Positions 28,512-38,409 of a stretch of 64,000 nucleotides of DNA are shown piece by piece. Origin of the DNA: Longimicrobiales bacterium (GTDB lineage: Bacteria > Gemmatimonadota > Gemmatimonadetes > Longimicrobiales > Gaopeijiaceae); assembly GCA_965238005.1 (NCBI GenBank), contig OZ250165.1:3264001-3328000 (forward strand). The letters are read 5' to 3'. Under the pieces are notes generated by a model. The model made no database searches and was not told the origin of the DNA. It saw nothing but the letters and a program-made list of their open reading frames with translations. The position numbers and the translations under genes were made by a program. Within the stretch, counting starts at the first letter, position 1. Each line of letters begins with the position of its first letter.

Positions 28512-29408
28512 TTGAGCGGAGGGGATCTGCCCTCGATATCCGTTGTGATTCCAGCCTACAACGCCGCGAGGTTTCTCCGCTCCACGCTGGAATCGGTGCT
28601 TGCTCAGTCGTATCCGGTCAGCGAATGCATCGTGATCGACGACGGATCGGTCGACTCCACCGCCGACATCGTGGCCGAGTTCGGCCACCCGGTGGTCTTG
28701 ATTTCTCAGACGAATCAGGGGGTGGCGGCGGCGAGGAACAGAGGCGTGTCGGAGGCCACGTCCGAGCTGATCGCCTTTTGTGATGCCGATGACGTATGGC
28801 GTCCCGACAAGCTGGCGCTCCAGGTTCAGGCGCTCGCCGAGAATAAGGATGCGTCTGCGGTGTTCTGTGGCGTGGTTATCGTCGATGCCGAGCTCGAGCC
28901 ACTCGACGAACCTCCGACCCCTGACTTCCCGTCGTTGGACCTCGCGTCACTGGTTCATCATCGGGCCGGCGATGTTCCCCCCGCGGTGGCTTCTACCCTC
29001 CTGGCGCGACGAGACACGCTGATGGCCGTAGGATTGTACGACGGCGCGTTCTCCGATGCCGCAGACCGGGACCTGGTGGTCCGCCTGAGAAAGGTGGGGC
29101 CCTTTGTCGGAACGACGGAGCGCGTGACGCTCTATCGGGACCATGGAGCCGCCATGAGCCGGCAGGTGCGGCTCCGCGCCGCCGACAACCGCCGACTCTT
29201 CGAGAAGTTCGCTCAGGACCCCGAGATCATCGGGAGCTTGGGCGAGGCTTTTCACCGAGCCCGCGCTTGGAATGCCATCGTGTCGGCGGCGGGTCTGATC
29301 AAGGGCGGAGTCGTTTTGGGGGGCGTCGCCTATCTCGCCCGCGAAATGTTTCGTAATCCCCTGGTCGTGACGCGCGTCCTCTACTCCTGGTTGAGGAGGC
29401 GCCGGTGA
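28512..29408 (+). CDS. GT2 glycosyltransferase
   Basis: SVVIPAYN, IDDGS.D, ARNRG, FCDADD; AGGAGG precedes TTG 28512. Confidence 0.93.
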   Translation: MSGGDLPSISVVIPAYNAARFLRSTLESVLAQSYPVSECIVIDDGSVDSTADIVAEFGHPVVLISQTNQGVAAARNRGVSEATSELIAFCDADDVWRPDKLALQVQALAENKDASAVFCGVVIVDAELEPLDEPPTPDFPSLDLASLVHHRAGDVPPAVASTLLARRDTLMAVGLYDGAFSDAADRDLVVRLRKVGPFVGTTERVTLYRDHGAAMSRQVRLRAADNRRLFEKFAQDPEIIGSLGEAFHRARAWNAIVSAAGLIKGGVVLGGVAYLAREMFRNPLVVTRVLYSWLRRRR

Positions 29409-30910
29409 CTGGAGGCCGAGTGGCCGTGGCCCTGGCTCTCACCTGGCTGGCGGTCGCACTCCTGCTGGCTCCGCGGCACGGCACTCTCCTCACCTGGGAC
29501 GAGGTGGACTACGCGCAGGCGGCCCGCCAGGGGTTCGTCGCCAATTGGCTGGAGGAGGGGGGCTTGTCTCTTCCCGCCTTTCTCGGCTTCGTACAGGCTC
29601 GTCTCGACGACGCCCCGGTGGTGTTTCCAGAGGGATACGACGAGGCCACGGACCCGCTGAACCTGCGGCATCTACATCCACCTCTCCTCGCGTACATGTT
29701 GGCGCCTTTCTCGGGAGCCCAGTCCGAGCGGGTGCTCCGGCTCGTCCTATTGGTGGGTGCCGCCCTGCTGCTCGTCGCCCTGTACACGGCCTGTCGGCCC
29801 GACGGAGGGCCCGACACCTGGAGCTTCGCTCTGATGCTCCTCATGGGGGCATGGGCCTGCCTGCACGGCTTCGCCGGCCTGCACATGCACGGCCTCATGG
29901 CCGTCACCACCTTGTTCGCAACGGTGGTGTTTCTGCGCTGGCTCGAGGAGCCCCGGCGAGGGTGGCCCGTTCTTCCGGCCCTCGGGCTGGCGCTGACCGG
30001 CCTGACCCTGGAGACAGCCGTCCTGATCTGGGGTGGGCTCTTGGCCTTGGCCCTCTTCCGGCCCCCACCGTCGGTAGGGGGGGCCGATCGCACGATAGGG
30101 ACCAGGCTTCGCTCAGTGCTTCCTCTTTTCGGGTTGGCGCTGGGCCTGGTCGCGGCCCTTTGGCTGGGTGGCTTCGTGAAGGCATCGCCACTGCGCACGG
30201 CGGTCAACTACGCGTATCGCATCTACCTGGGGGCCGAGTACGCGCCGGTTACCGCTCGTATACCGGGCATCGCACGGGCGGCCCTACCGTTCCTGCTGCT
30301 CGCCGGATTGGCGGTGGGCGCCCGCATCATCACGGGGATTCGTCTGTCGTGGAGGTCTCGGGCGTTTCTCGTCATCGGAGCGGTCTATGGGGTCGTGATG
30401 GTCCCTGTGGCGCTCTCGGAGACGTACCTGATCCCTGCAGCCGTGTTGCTCACGGTGCCATCGCTGGCGGCCCTCGCACACGTGAGGGGTAAGGCAGCTC
30501 GCGCTTCGATCCTCCTCGCCCTCGTCATCGCAGTGGCCGGCTCCTCACCGCCCGTCGGCGCTGGGGAGGCCGATGCCCTCCTCCGCGAGGACTATCAGTG
30601 GCTGTCGATGGGGGGCCGTCTCGAGGACAGGGTCATCTGGGCCGACGGGGGACACATCCTCGCCTGGTACTTTCCGGACGCCCAAGTACGGCCCATAACG
30701 GTCTCGTACGACGGAGCCTCGCTCACGGAGAGACGTCAGGGTCGCTACCGACCTCTCTCCCAAGTCGACATCGGGGGTGATCTGGTTCTCGTAGAAGGCA
30801 GCCGGGGCGGGCAATCCCTGGAACAGACCCAGGGACCGCTGATGGGGTGTGTACGCACGCCTCGACCGAGCTTCGTGCTCTACGACTGCGGCCGGCGGTC
30901 GGTCCGTTGA
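29405..30910 (+). CDS. GT-C/ArnT-like polytopic membrane glycosyltransferase
   Basis: WDEVDY after TM1, HPPL, many TM helices, soluble C-terminal domain. Confidence 0.6.
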   Translation: MTGGRVAVALALTWLAVALLLAPRHGTLLTWDEVDYAQAARQGFVANWLEEGGLSLPAFLGFVQARLDDAPVVFPEGYDEATDPLNLRHLHPPLLAYMLAPFSGAQSERVLRLVLLVGAALLLVALYTACRPDGGPDTWSFALMLLMGAWACLHGFAGLHMHGLMAVTTLFATVVFLRWLEEPRRGWPVLPALGLALTGLTLETAVLIWGGLLALALFRPPPSVGGADRTIGTRLRSVLPLFGLALGLVAALWLGGFVKASPLRTAVNYAYRIYLGAEYAPVTARIPGIARAALPFLLLAGLAVGARIITGIRLSWRSRAFLVIGAVYGVVMVPVALSETYLIPAAVLLTVPSLAALAHVRGKAARASILLALVIAVAGSSPPVGAGEADALLREDYQWLSMGGRLEDRVIWADGGHILAWYFPDAQVRPITVSYDGASLTERRQGRYRPLSQVDIGGDLVLVEGSRGGQSLEQTQGPLMGCVRTPRPSFVLYDCGRRSVR

Positions 30911-32154
30911 ACGTCCTCTACGTCTCGTATGACGGCGCTCTGGATCCGCTAGGGCGCTCCCAGGTCGTGCCCTACCTGGAGGGGCTCAGCTCAGAGGGCT
31001 TCCGATACGACCTCATCACCTTCGAGAAGACCGCTCGGTGGAACGACTTGGATGATAGGAGGTCCATGGAAGAGCGCCTGTCACGGGCCGACATCCGATG
31101 GCATCCGCTCCGCTACCGGCGACGTCCACCCGTCTTGGGCACCCTCCTGAACCTCGTGGAGGGGTACCGCCTCGCCCTTCGTCTCGACGGTGAACGGGCC
31201 TTCGATCTGGTCCATGCGCGCTCCTATCCGTCGTCCGTCGTCGCCCGCCGTCTGAAGACACGTCGAAGGATTCCCTTCATCTTCGACATGCGCGGCTTCT
31301 ACCCGGAGGAGCGCGTGGACGGCGGCCTCTGGAAGAAGGGCGGTGTCCTCTTCAAGGCCGCCAAGAGGGTCGAGCGGGACCTTTTCGGTATGGCGGACGG
31401 GATCGTGACTCTCACGCAGGCAAGCCTGCCCATCCTCTCGACGAGGATCGCCGCGGCCGGCGGAAGAGCCGTGCCCAGGGTCATCCCCACGTGCGTCGAT
31501 CTGGACCGGTTCAAGCCGGTGCCCACCGGCACACGGCCCGAGGAGTTCACGCTCGCCTACTTCGGCTCGTTGGGAACGTGGTATCGATTGGGGGACATGC
31601 TGCGCTTCGGACGATACGTCCTTGAAGCCGCCGGCGGAGGGCGCCTCCTCTTCCTCACCAACGACGACCCTTCGCCGGTGCAACGTCTCGCGGCGGAGGC
31701 GGGGATGCCCCCCGAAGTCCTCTCCGTGGGGAGTGTTCCCCACGAGGACGTGCCCGCAGCTCTCGCTGGGGCTCATGCGACCTTCTTCTTGATTCGAAGC
31801 GGTCCATCTCGGTTCGGATTCCATCAGACGAAGCTCGGGGAGTCTCTTGCATTGGGGCTTCCCGTGGCGGCCAACGCCGGCATTGGCGATACAGCGGAGA
31901 TCCTGGAGGGTAATCGAGTGGGGATCGTAATCGACGAGAGTGACGAGGACGGACTGAGACGAAGCGCCGCCGAGTTGGTTGCCCTCGCGGCAGACCCAAG
32001 CACGCCGGAACGCTGCCGTGGGGTCGGCGAGCGGGAATACGATCGCGCATTGGGTGTCAGGCGGTATGCGGCACTGTATCGGGACCTGGTGGACCGGGTG
32101 GACCGGGTGGACCGGGGGAGTGATGGCGATGAGTGTCGGGAGTCGCCGGCGTGA
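30907..32154 (+). CDS. GT4 glycosyltransferase
   Basis: LYVSYDG.LDPLG.SQV, HARSY, FDMRG, TKLGE.LA.GLP. Confidence 0.9.
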   Translation: MNVLYVSYDGALDPLGRSQVVPYLEGLSSEGFRYDLITFEKTARWNDLDDRRSMEERLSRADIRWHPLRYRRRPPVLGTLLNLVEGYRLALRLDGERAFDLVHARSYPSSVVARRLKTRRRIPFIFDMRGFYPEERVDGGLWKKGGVLFKAAKRVERDLFGMADGIVTLTQASLPILSTRIAAAGGRAVPRVIPTCVDLDRFKPVPTGTRPEEFTLAYFGSLGTWYRLGDMLRFGRYVLEAAGGGRLLFLTNDDPSPVQRLAAEAGMPPEVLSVGSVPHEDVPAALAGAHATFFLIRSGPSRFGFHQTKLGESLALGLPVAANAGIGDTAEILEGNRVGIVIDESDEDGLRRSAAELVALAADPSTPERCRGVGEREYDRALGVRRYAALYRDLVDRVDRVDRGSDGDECRESPA

Positions 32155-32579
32155 ACGCCATGCCGCCCCTCACCCCTGTCCGGCGCATCACGAGAGTGGC
32201 CGCCATGGTCACCCTTCCCACCATGGCGTCGTGCAAGGGAGTGGTCTCACGCTCCACGGTCCTCTCCTTCCTCGAGGCCGTGCAGAGGCCCTTCGACCTG
32301 CAGGACCAGACTTGGCTGGGCATCCCTGCGGCGCTGCCGGCGCACCTCATCGTCTCGGCCTTGCTCGCCGGTGCACTCGCCTGGCTCTGGCGGCCCAAGG
32401 CCGCGGGGATCCTCATCCTGATCCTGATCCTGGCCAAGGAAGCCGTGGATCTGATGATCATCGCACTCTACGAGCCGCTGACCTGGGCCTACGCTTCAGG
32501 CTCGGTGGCGGACGTCGTCGTCTCCATCGCCGGAGCGGGTCTGGGTTTGTGGGTCGGGACCCGGGCTCGGCGAAGATGA
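32151..32579 (+). CDS. Small membrane protein (YfiM/VanZ-like H...KE..D pattern)
   Basis: Three hydrophobic segments; overlaps both neighbours by 4 bp. Confidence 0.5.
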   Translation: MNAMPPLTPVRRITRVAAMVTLPTMASCKGVVSRSTVLSFLEAVQRPFDLQDQTWLGIPAALPAHLIVSALLAGALAWLWRPKAAGILILILILAKEAVDLMIIALYEPLTWAYASGSVADVVVSIAGAGLGLWVGTRARRR

Positions 32580-33688
32580 GACGCATCGTGTTTATCGCTT
32601 CGGGAGTAGATCGGGCGCAGACCTGGGAGTGGCTGATCGAGCACCTGCACGGACGAGTGGAGCTCCGCTTCATTCTGTTGAATGAGGGAGATTCCCATTT
32701 TGAGCGGGTCGCGCGGGAGCGGTGGTCGAACGTTGCGCGGGTGACGTATCGCGGCCCAAAGGATCTGCCCCGGGCCTTCTTCCAGGTCTGGCGGTTGCTG
32801 GTTAGGTGGGCGCCTGACGCGGTCCATGTTCACCTCAAGGTGGCGGGGCTGATCGCCCTACCCGCCGCCATGTTCGCAGGAGTCAAGGAGCGCATCTACA
32901 CCAGGCATCACTCCACCTATCACCATGACTACTTTCCGAAGGCCGTCAAGCAGGACCGGTTCATCAACCGGTGCGCGACCCGGATCGTGGCCATTTCCGC
33001 CGTGGTCGAAGAGGTGCTGACGAATCTGGAAGGGGTGGATCCGGGCCGCATACAGATCATTCACCACGGCTTCGATCTCGACCGTGCCCGGGAGGTCTCT
33101 TCTGAGGCCATCCAACGGATGACGGAGGCATACAACCCCTCAGGGAGATCACCCGTCGTCGGCGTGGTTTCCCGGTATGAAAGGTCTAAGGGGGTGGAGT
33201 ACACCGTCGAGGCCTTCAGGCGTCTCTTGGCCACCCACCCCAAGGCGCTGCTCGTGCTGGCCGGGGCGTACGGTCCCGACGAAGACGCGATCCGTGAGGT
33301 CGTGCGAACACTTCCCGAGAGCTCGTATGTGGAGGTGGAATTCGAGCCGGACGTCTTCGCGCTCTATCGGCTGTTCGATGTGTTCGTACACGTCCCCGTC
33401 GACCGGAAGATCGAGGCCTATGGCATGATCTACGTCGAGGCTCTGGCGGCAGGTGTCCCCAGCGTCGTGACCCTTTCGGGGGTGGCGACGGAGTTCATCG
33501 AGGCCGATTGCCAAGCTCTCGTGGTGCCGTACAGGGATGCGGGGGCCATCTATGAGGCCCTTGAGCGACTCTTGACCGACGAAGATCTACGTCGACGCCT
33601 GGCTCGCGAGGGGAGCATGGCCGTTGAACGCTTCGGACTGGAGCCGTTCGTCGAGGCACACGCCCGGCTCTACGGAGCCGACGACTAG
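32576..33688 (+). CDS. GT4 glycosyltransferase
   Basis: From ATG 32576; R..KG, EAYGMIYVEALAAG.P. Confidence 0.9.
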   Translation: MRRIVFIASGVDRAQTWEWLIEHLHGRVELRFILLNEGDSHFERVARERWSNVARVTYRGPKDLPRAFFQVWRLLVRWAPDAVHVHLKVAGLIALPAAMFAGVKERIYTRHHSTYHHDYFPKAVKQDRFINRCATRIVAISAVVEEVLTNLEGVDPGRIQIIHHGFDLDRAREVSSEAIQRMTEAYNPSGRSPVVGVVSRYERSKGVEYTVEAFRRLLATHPKALLVLAGAYGPDEDAIREVVRTLPESSYVEVEFEPDVFALYRLFDVFVHVPVDRKIEAYGMIYVEALAAGVPSVVTLSGVATEFIEADCQALVVPYRDAGAIYEALERLLTDEDLRRRLAREGSMAVERFGLEPFVEAHARLYGADD

Positions 33689-33939
33689 TGTGGTGTCCCA
33701 GAAGTTCGCGAGCCACCGAGAGTGCCGAGACGCCGGATCCGGGGTACCCGCGCCGTTAGGCGTGGGTCACGCGCGACGACGAGGAATATCAACGCTATTT
33801 TGAGGAGGAGGAACGCCGCAGGGCCGGATGCATCGGTGCTCGAGCCGAGCGACCTTCATGCTCGTCATGAGCGCGGAGTTGACCGCGAGACGATCGAGCG
33901 CAGCGAGATCAATGGCCGAGACACTTCCGGGACAACACA
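33689..33939. mobile_element. Non-autonomous MITE (251 bp) with imperfect terminal inverted repeats, flanked by CTAG
   Basis: Left end CTAG|TGTGGTGTCCCAGAAGT; right end ACTTCCGGGACAACACA|CTAG; no transposase inside. Confidence 0.8.
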
Positions 33940-35412
33940 CTAGGCTCGAGCAGATCCGACACCGAACCGGGCCGCGATGTCCCGAAGCTCTCGAACCTCC
34001 TCCCGCGCCAGCACGATCCCCAGGCCCACGTACGCCACGACACCCACCAGGATCCTGGCCCCCAGATCGATGCCCATGGGGACCTCTCCGAGCAGGGGGC
34101 GAACCGACCAGACCACCAACCCCATGGCCGCCGACGCTGCCAGCCCACCTCGCACGGCCCTGAGAAGGTCGAGGAGGCCAACGTCGAAGAGCCGTCGTGT
34201 CAGCCGATAGGCAAGTACGAGAAGAACGGCCTGGCTGGCCGCGAACGCCCACGCCACGGTGACAATGGATCCGGAGGGGAGGGCTCCACCCACGAAGAGT
34301 GCGACTACGACGAAGCGCACGACACCGAAGGAGAAGAGCGGACCCGTGGTGTTCTGGGACGTATGCAGCCAATAGGTCGCACCGATGGCACTGCTCAGCA
34401 GTGCTGCAAGGGTCATGGCCTGCACGACCGGGATCAGATCCATCCACTGGTCGCCCAGGACGAACGGGACCAGCGCGTCGGCCACCAGGGCCGTCCCGAC
34501 CATGGCGGGGGCGAGGACGAAGATCATGAGGGCCACCGCCCGGGAGAACGCTCTACGCACCCGCTCCAGATCGTCCTGGATCAACGAGAGAGCCGAGAGC
34601 ATCACCTGCCAGATCGTGTCTCCCAACAGCCGGACGGGGCCCAGTAGCAGCGAGAACCCGCGTGTATAGAATCCGACCGCCGTGCTACCGAGATACCGAC
34701 CGATGAGGAACGGGGCCAGTTGTCCTTCGAGCTGCGAGAACAGGTCGAAACCGGTCACGGGCAATCCATACGCCCACAGAGATGCAGCCGAGGCACGGGA
34801 CCATCGGAGCCGAGGATACCACCCGACGATCACCGCTCCGACCAGAGCGGTCACGGCGTGGGACACGACCAACTGGAAAACGAGGCTCAACGCTCCAGCA
34901 CCCCTGAAGGCGAGGATGACCGCGCCGCCCGACCCTATCACCAGCCCCGCCACCTCCGCCACCGAGGCGGCACCGAAGCGCATCTGCCTGCGAAGGATGG
35001 AGCGTGGGACGAGGTTCAGGTTTGCCGCCAGGGGATGCAGGGCCATCCACACGGTAAACCCGGCCAGTGTGGGCTGACGGTAGTACGACTCGATCGCGGG
35101 GGCTGCGAGCACCACCAAGCCCGCCACGAGGACCGAGATCGCGAGCACCGTCCAGAAGGCCGTGTCCAGCAACTCCGGTGAAGCCTCGGGTGCCTGCACG
35201 AGGGCCATGGAGAAGCCCAAGGAAGAGATGGCGGTCGCCAGCGCGGTAAAGACGATCACCATGGCCATGATCCCGAAGTCCTCCGGGGTCAGCAGGCGCA
35301 TCAGGGCGATGACCGCGACCGTCTGAATGAGCTGCGCGGCTACCCGTCCCACGCTGACCCAAGCGATGCCGCGAACGGTCGCGGCGCTCAGGTCGCTTTC
35401 TTCAGTGGGCAC
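33940..35412 (-). CDS. wzx: Wzx-type polysaccharide flippase (PST family)
   Basis: RLLTPEDFG, LG...VGFY, 12-14 TM helices. Confidence 0.9.
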   Translation of the reverse strand: MPTEESDLSAATVRGIAWVSVGRVAAQLIQTVAVIALMRLLTPEDFGIMAMVIVFTALATAISSLGFSMALVQAPEASPELLDTAFWTVLAISVLVAGLVVLAAPAIESYYRQPTLAGFTVWMALHPLAANLNLVPRSILRRQMRFGAASVAEVAGLVIGSGGAVILAFRGAGALSLVFQLVVSHAVTALVGAVIVGWYPRLRWSRASAASLWAYGLPVTGFDLFSQLEGQLAPFLIGRYLGSTAVGFYTRGFSLLLGPVRLLGDTIWQVMLSALSLIQDDLERVRRAFSRAVALMIFVLAPAMVGTALVADALVPFVLGDQWMDLIPVVQAMTLAALLSSAIGATYWLHTSQNTTGPLFSFGVVRFVVVALFVGGALPSGSIVTVAWAFAASQAVLLVLAYRLTRRLFDVGLLDLLRAVRGGLAASAAMGLVVWSVRPLLGEVPMGIDLGARILVGVVAYVGLGIVLAREEVRELRDIAARFGVGSARA

Positions 35413-35720
35413 GGGTGGGACTGGCGTTGTGGGGAGATCTCACCGGTTGGTTCCGTGGTCGGTGCTGCAGTCTAGTGTTCCCTTTCCGAAGTTCGCGAGC
35501 AACCAAGAGGGTCGGGGCGCCGTGGGATCAAGGCGGGACGACGCGGCGGACAAGGTGCCCCTCGACCTCCGCTCCATGCAACAACCGCAGCTGTACTGTC
35601 AGGCCGCGTCTCCTCTCGCTTGACACCCTCGGCGTCGGATCTCATGTCTTCCATCACCCTGACCCTGTCGCCTCGGCTCAGCCCCCTCATCCAGGACGCG
35701 ATTGCGAGGTCTCGTCTGCC

Positions 35721-36488
35721 ATGGTCGAAGAACGTCAGTCCATCGCGAACCAGAGTCCATGGTGGGGTGAGCACTTGTTCCGGTACCAGTGGGCGGAGCA
35801 GTACGTCCGAGCGCCCATGAAGGTTCTGGACCTGGCCTGCGGTACGGGATTCGGATCCGCTCTGCTGGCGCGCATCGTGGGGGTAACCGTGATCGCAGGA
35901 GACTTGGATCCTCCCTCACTGGCGGCGGCCGCCGCAGAGTTCGGCACCGAGTCGAGCCCCCACTTCGCCGCCATGGATGGGACCCGCCTCCCCTTTCCCG
36001 ACCGATCGCTGGACCTGGTCCTGTCGTATGAGACCGTCGAGCACATTGAAAAGTATCGAGACTTCGTGGGAGAACTGGCCCGGATACTCAAGAAGAGCGG
36101 CACGCTCCTGCTCTCGACACCTAATCGCCTCGTAACCAGCCCCGACGGCGTCATCCGTAATCCATTCCACACTCAGGAATTCGACATGCCGGGGCTCGGA
36201 CGGCTGCTTTCCGCTCATTTCTCGGAGGTGAGGGTGATGGGGCAGTATTATGCCCGGTTCGACGGGCTCCCCGGATTACGCGGCCGCCTCGGGAAGGCCG
36301 CGGAGTCCTTCTTTTATGTGAGAGGCGTTCGTAAGCTGCCGATGAGCCTGCAGGACGGTGTGATACGGTTTCTCATCGGGCATCCCCATTACCCCACGGC
36401 ATCAGACTATCGAGTCGTGTCGGAGCCCGCCCGCGCGGAGCGATGCGGGACCCTGATGGCCGTGGCCTCGGGCCCCAGGAGCGCTTGA
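35721..36488 (+). CDS. Class I SAM-dependent methyltransferase
   Basis: EH..RY, VLDLACGTGFG, ETVEH, STPN. Confidence 0.9.
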   Translation: MVEERQSIANQSPWWGEHLFRYQWAEQYVRAPMKVLDLACGTGFGSALLARIVGVTVIAGDLDPPSLAAAAAEFGTESSPHFAAMDGTRLPFPDRSLDLVLSYETVEHIEKYRDFVGELARILKKSGTLLLSTPNRLVTSPDGVIRNPFHTQEFDMPGLGRLLSAHFSEVRVMGQYYARFDGLPGLRGRLGKAAESFFYVRGVRKLPMSLQDGVIRFLIGHPHYPTASDYRVVSEPARAERCGTLMAVASGPRSA

Positions 36489-36537
36489 TGGTCGACTTCA
36501 GGTCACGCGCCGCACAAGGTGACGGAGATCGAGTTGC

Positions 36538-37446
36538 ATGAAGCCAAGCCGCTCACTGTCAGCCAAGACCCGAGTCTTCGACTTCTTCCGATCCGTGTTC
36601 AAGATCGGGTTTCTGGAGAGGGTACTACTCGCCGTCGTGAGGGGTGCCCCATACGGTAGCACGCTCACCAAGCTCATCCCGAACCCTCACCAATATGCGC
36701 CCAGGAGCTTCAGGAGGGTCGAGCGGGACGGGATCAAGTGGGAGTTGGACATCAGCTGCATGACGCAGTGGCCCATGTACTGGGGCCTCACCGAGGACGC
36801 CAGGAAGCGACTCTACTCTCTGATCCACAGGGGCAACACGGTATTCGATGTCGGTGCCAACATCGGAGAGACGACGTTGCACTTCGCCAGGCTGATCGGG
36901 CCGGAGGGCCAGGTATTCTCCTTCGAGCCCGACCCATACAACTACGAGAGGGCCAGGAGTAACATCTCCCTAAACGACTTCTCCAACATCACCCTCCTGC
37001 AGGTCGGGATCGCCGAAGAGGAAAAGGAAGTGCGTCTTTTCACGGTGGACCAGCACAATCTCGGCATGAACAGGATTTTCCCGGAGGGGTCGAGCTCCGG
37101 ATTCGATTCAGCACTTATCCGGTGCCGGACCCTGGACAGCATCGTCCAGGACGAGAACGTCTCGCACGTATCCCTGATCAAGATGGACATCGAGGGTTAC
37201 GAGATGAACGCCCTTCGCGGAGCCAGGGGCACGTTGGAGGGCTTTCGCCCGGCGCTCTTCATTGAGGTGGGCGACAGCATGCTGCGAGAGAACGGGTCCA
37301 GCGCCGCCGAGCTGATCCGGTTCCTGTTGGTGATGGGCTACCGCGTCTTTCTCGCTCCCAACGACCAGGAGATTGACGACACCTTCGCCTTCCCCACCGA
37401 CGAGGGCGAGTGCATCGACGTGTTCGCCCAGATGGGGTCCGGCTGA
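36538..37446 (+). CDS. FkbM-family methyltransferase
   Basis: FDVGANIG, FEP, IKMDIEGYE. Confidence 0.92.
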   Translation: MKPSRSLSAKTRVFDFFRSVFKIGFLERVLLAVVRGAPYGSTLTKLIPNPHQYAPRSFRRVERDGIKWELDISCMTQWPMYWGLTEDARKRLYSLIHRGNTVFDVGANIGETTLHFARLIGPEGQVFSFEPDPYNYERARSNISLNDFSNITLLQVGIAEEEKEVRLFTVDQHNLGMNRIFPEGSSSGFDSALIRCRTLDSIVQDENVSHVSLIKMDIEGYEMNALRGARGTLEGFRPALFIEVGDSMLRENGSSAAELIRFLLVMGYRVFLAPNDQEIDDTFAFPTDEGECIDVFAQMGSG

Positions 37447-37491
37447 GGAGGGCAATGAATTCTCGAACGAAGCGATGAGCCACATCGGATC

Positions 37492-38409
37492 CTAGGAGTG
37501 GGTTCGAAGCCAGACCGATAGCTGAAGCTCGCCGTGAGTCATCCTCATGAGCGGGCGCAGGACCGTGTCTGCGGCTCTGGGCAGGAACGTGCTCCCCAGT
37601 ATACGTGTGAGCTCCTCAACCTGGTAGCCCGCCCGCTGCCCATGCATCCGGAAGGCTCGCTCCGTGAACTCGAAGAGATGGAAAGGCGGATGCATGGGAC
37701 TCGTGTTGGTGACGAAGGACGTCCCGATCGCACGGTAATAGAGGTTCAGCAGACGGCCCATGAGCCAGTCTGCTGACGGCACCTCGGCCTGCATGAGACC
37801 CCCGGGCCGCAGCCACCGTGAGGCGCGCTCCAGAGCCGCCCCCGGGTCCGGGAGATGCTCCAGAACGGCGGAGAACGCCACGAAGTCGAATGAGGCCGCG
37901 GGATAGTCGGCCTCCTCCAGGGAGGAAAGGGCGAGCCGCCCTTCGGCGACCCCCATGGACTCCACCGCGAACCGCCTGAACGACGCCGATGGCTCCAGGC
38001 CGAAGACGTCGAACCCCTCCCTCTGGAGCGCCAGCATGCCCCCGCCGAGCCCCGCACCGACGTCCAGCGCTCTCAGGCCAGATCGGTCGTCAAGGAGCTC
38101 GCGCGCACGTGCCGCTTCGTGTCGGAACCGGGAAGCGGCTTGCTCGACATCCTCGCGGCTCCAGTAGTCCTCGGGCTCCATCTCGTAGTGCTGCGCGATG
38201 TCCAGGGGCAGGGGAAGAGGCTGGCACATGATCAGGCCACATCCCCTGCACCGTACGACGGTCGTGCAGGCGCCGGCCTGTCCGCGGGGTCGGAGCCCCT
38301 GGTGCCGATCCAGGCGCACGCCCTTCACGCGGAAGTCCGACGCGGGAGCTCCACACATGGTGCAGGCATCCCATCGATGGAGCCGATAGCCCGGTGCGCC
38401 ACGCTTCAC
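37492..38409 (-). CDS. Class I SAM methyltransferase with N-terminal CxxC..CxxC
   Basis: CTMCG...CRGCG; LDVGAG.G; VLEHL. Confidence 0.88.
   Translation of the reverse strand: MKRGAPGYRLHRWDACTMCGAPASDFRVKGVRLDRHQGLRPRGQAGACTTVVRCRGCGLIMCQPLPLPLDIAQHYEMEPEDYWSREDVEQAASRFRHEAARARELLDDRSGLRALDVGAGLGGGMLALQREGFDVFGLEPSASFRRFAVESMGVAEGRLALSSLEEADYPAASFDFVAFSAVLEHLPDPGAALERASRWLRPGGLMQAEVPSADWLMGRLLNLYYRAIGTSFVTNTSPMHPPFHLFEFTERAFRMHGQRAGYQVEELTRILGSTFLPRAADTVLRPLMRMTHGELQLSVWLRTHS

Noticed and set aside
32089..32115. GTGGACCGG x3, and CCTGCTCGA x3 near 60915-60940
   Set aside because: These are short in-frame tandem repeats in protein tails (VDR x3, EQV repeats); they have no spacers and are not CRISPR.
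33722..33943. 73-aa ORF within the MITE
   Set aside because: It has no transposase or other motif and is probably a chance ORF.
35413..35720. 300-bp divergent intergenic region as a gene remnant or ncRNA
   Set aside because: I could not recognise any protein motif or RNA structure.
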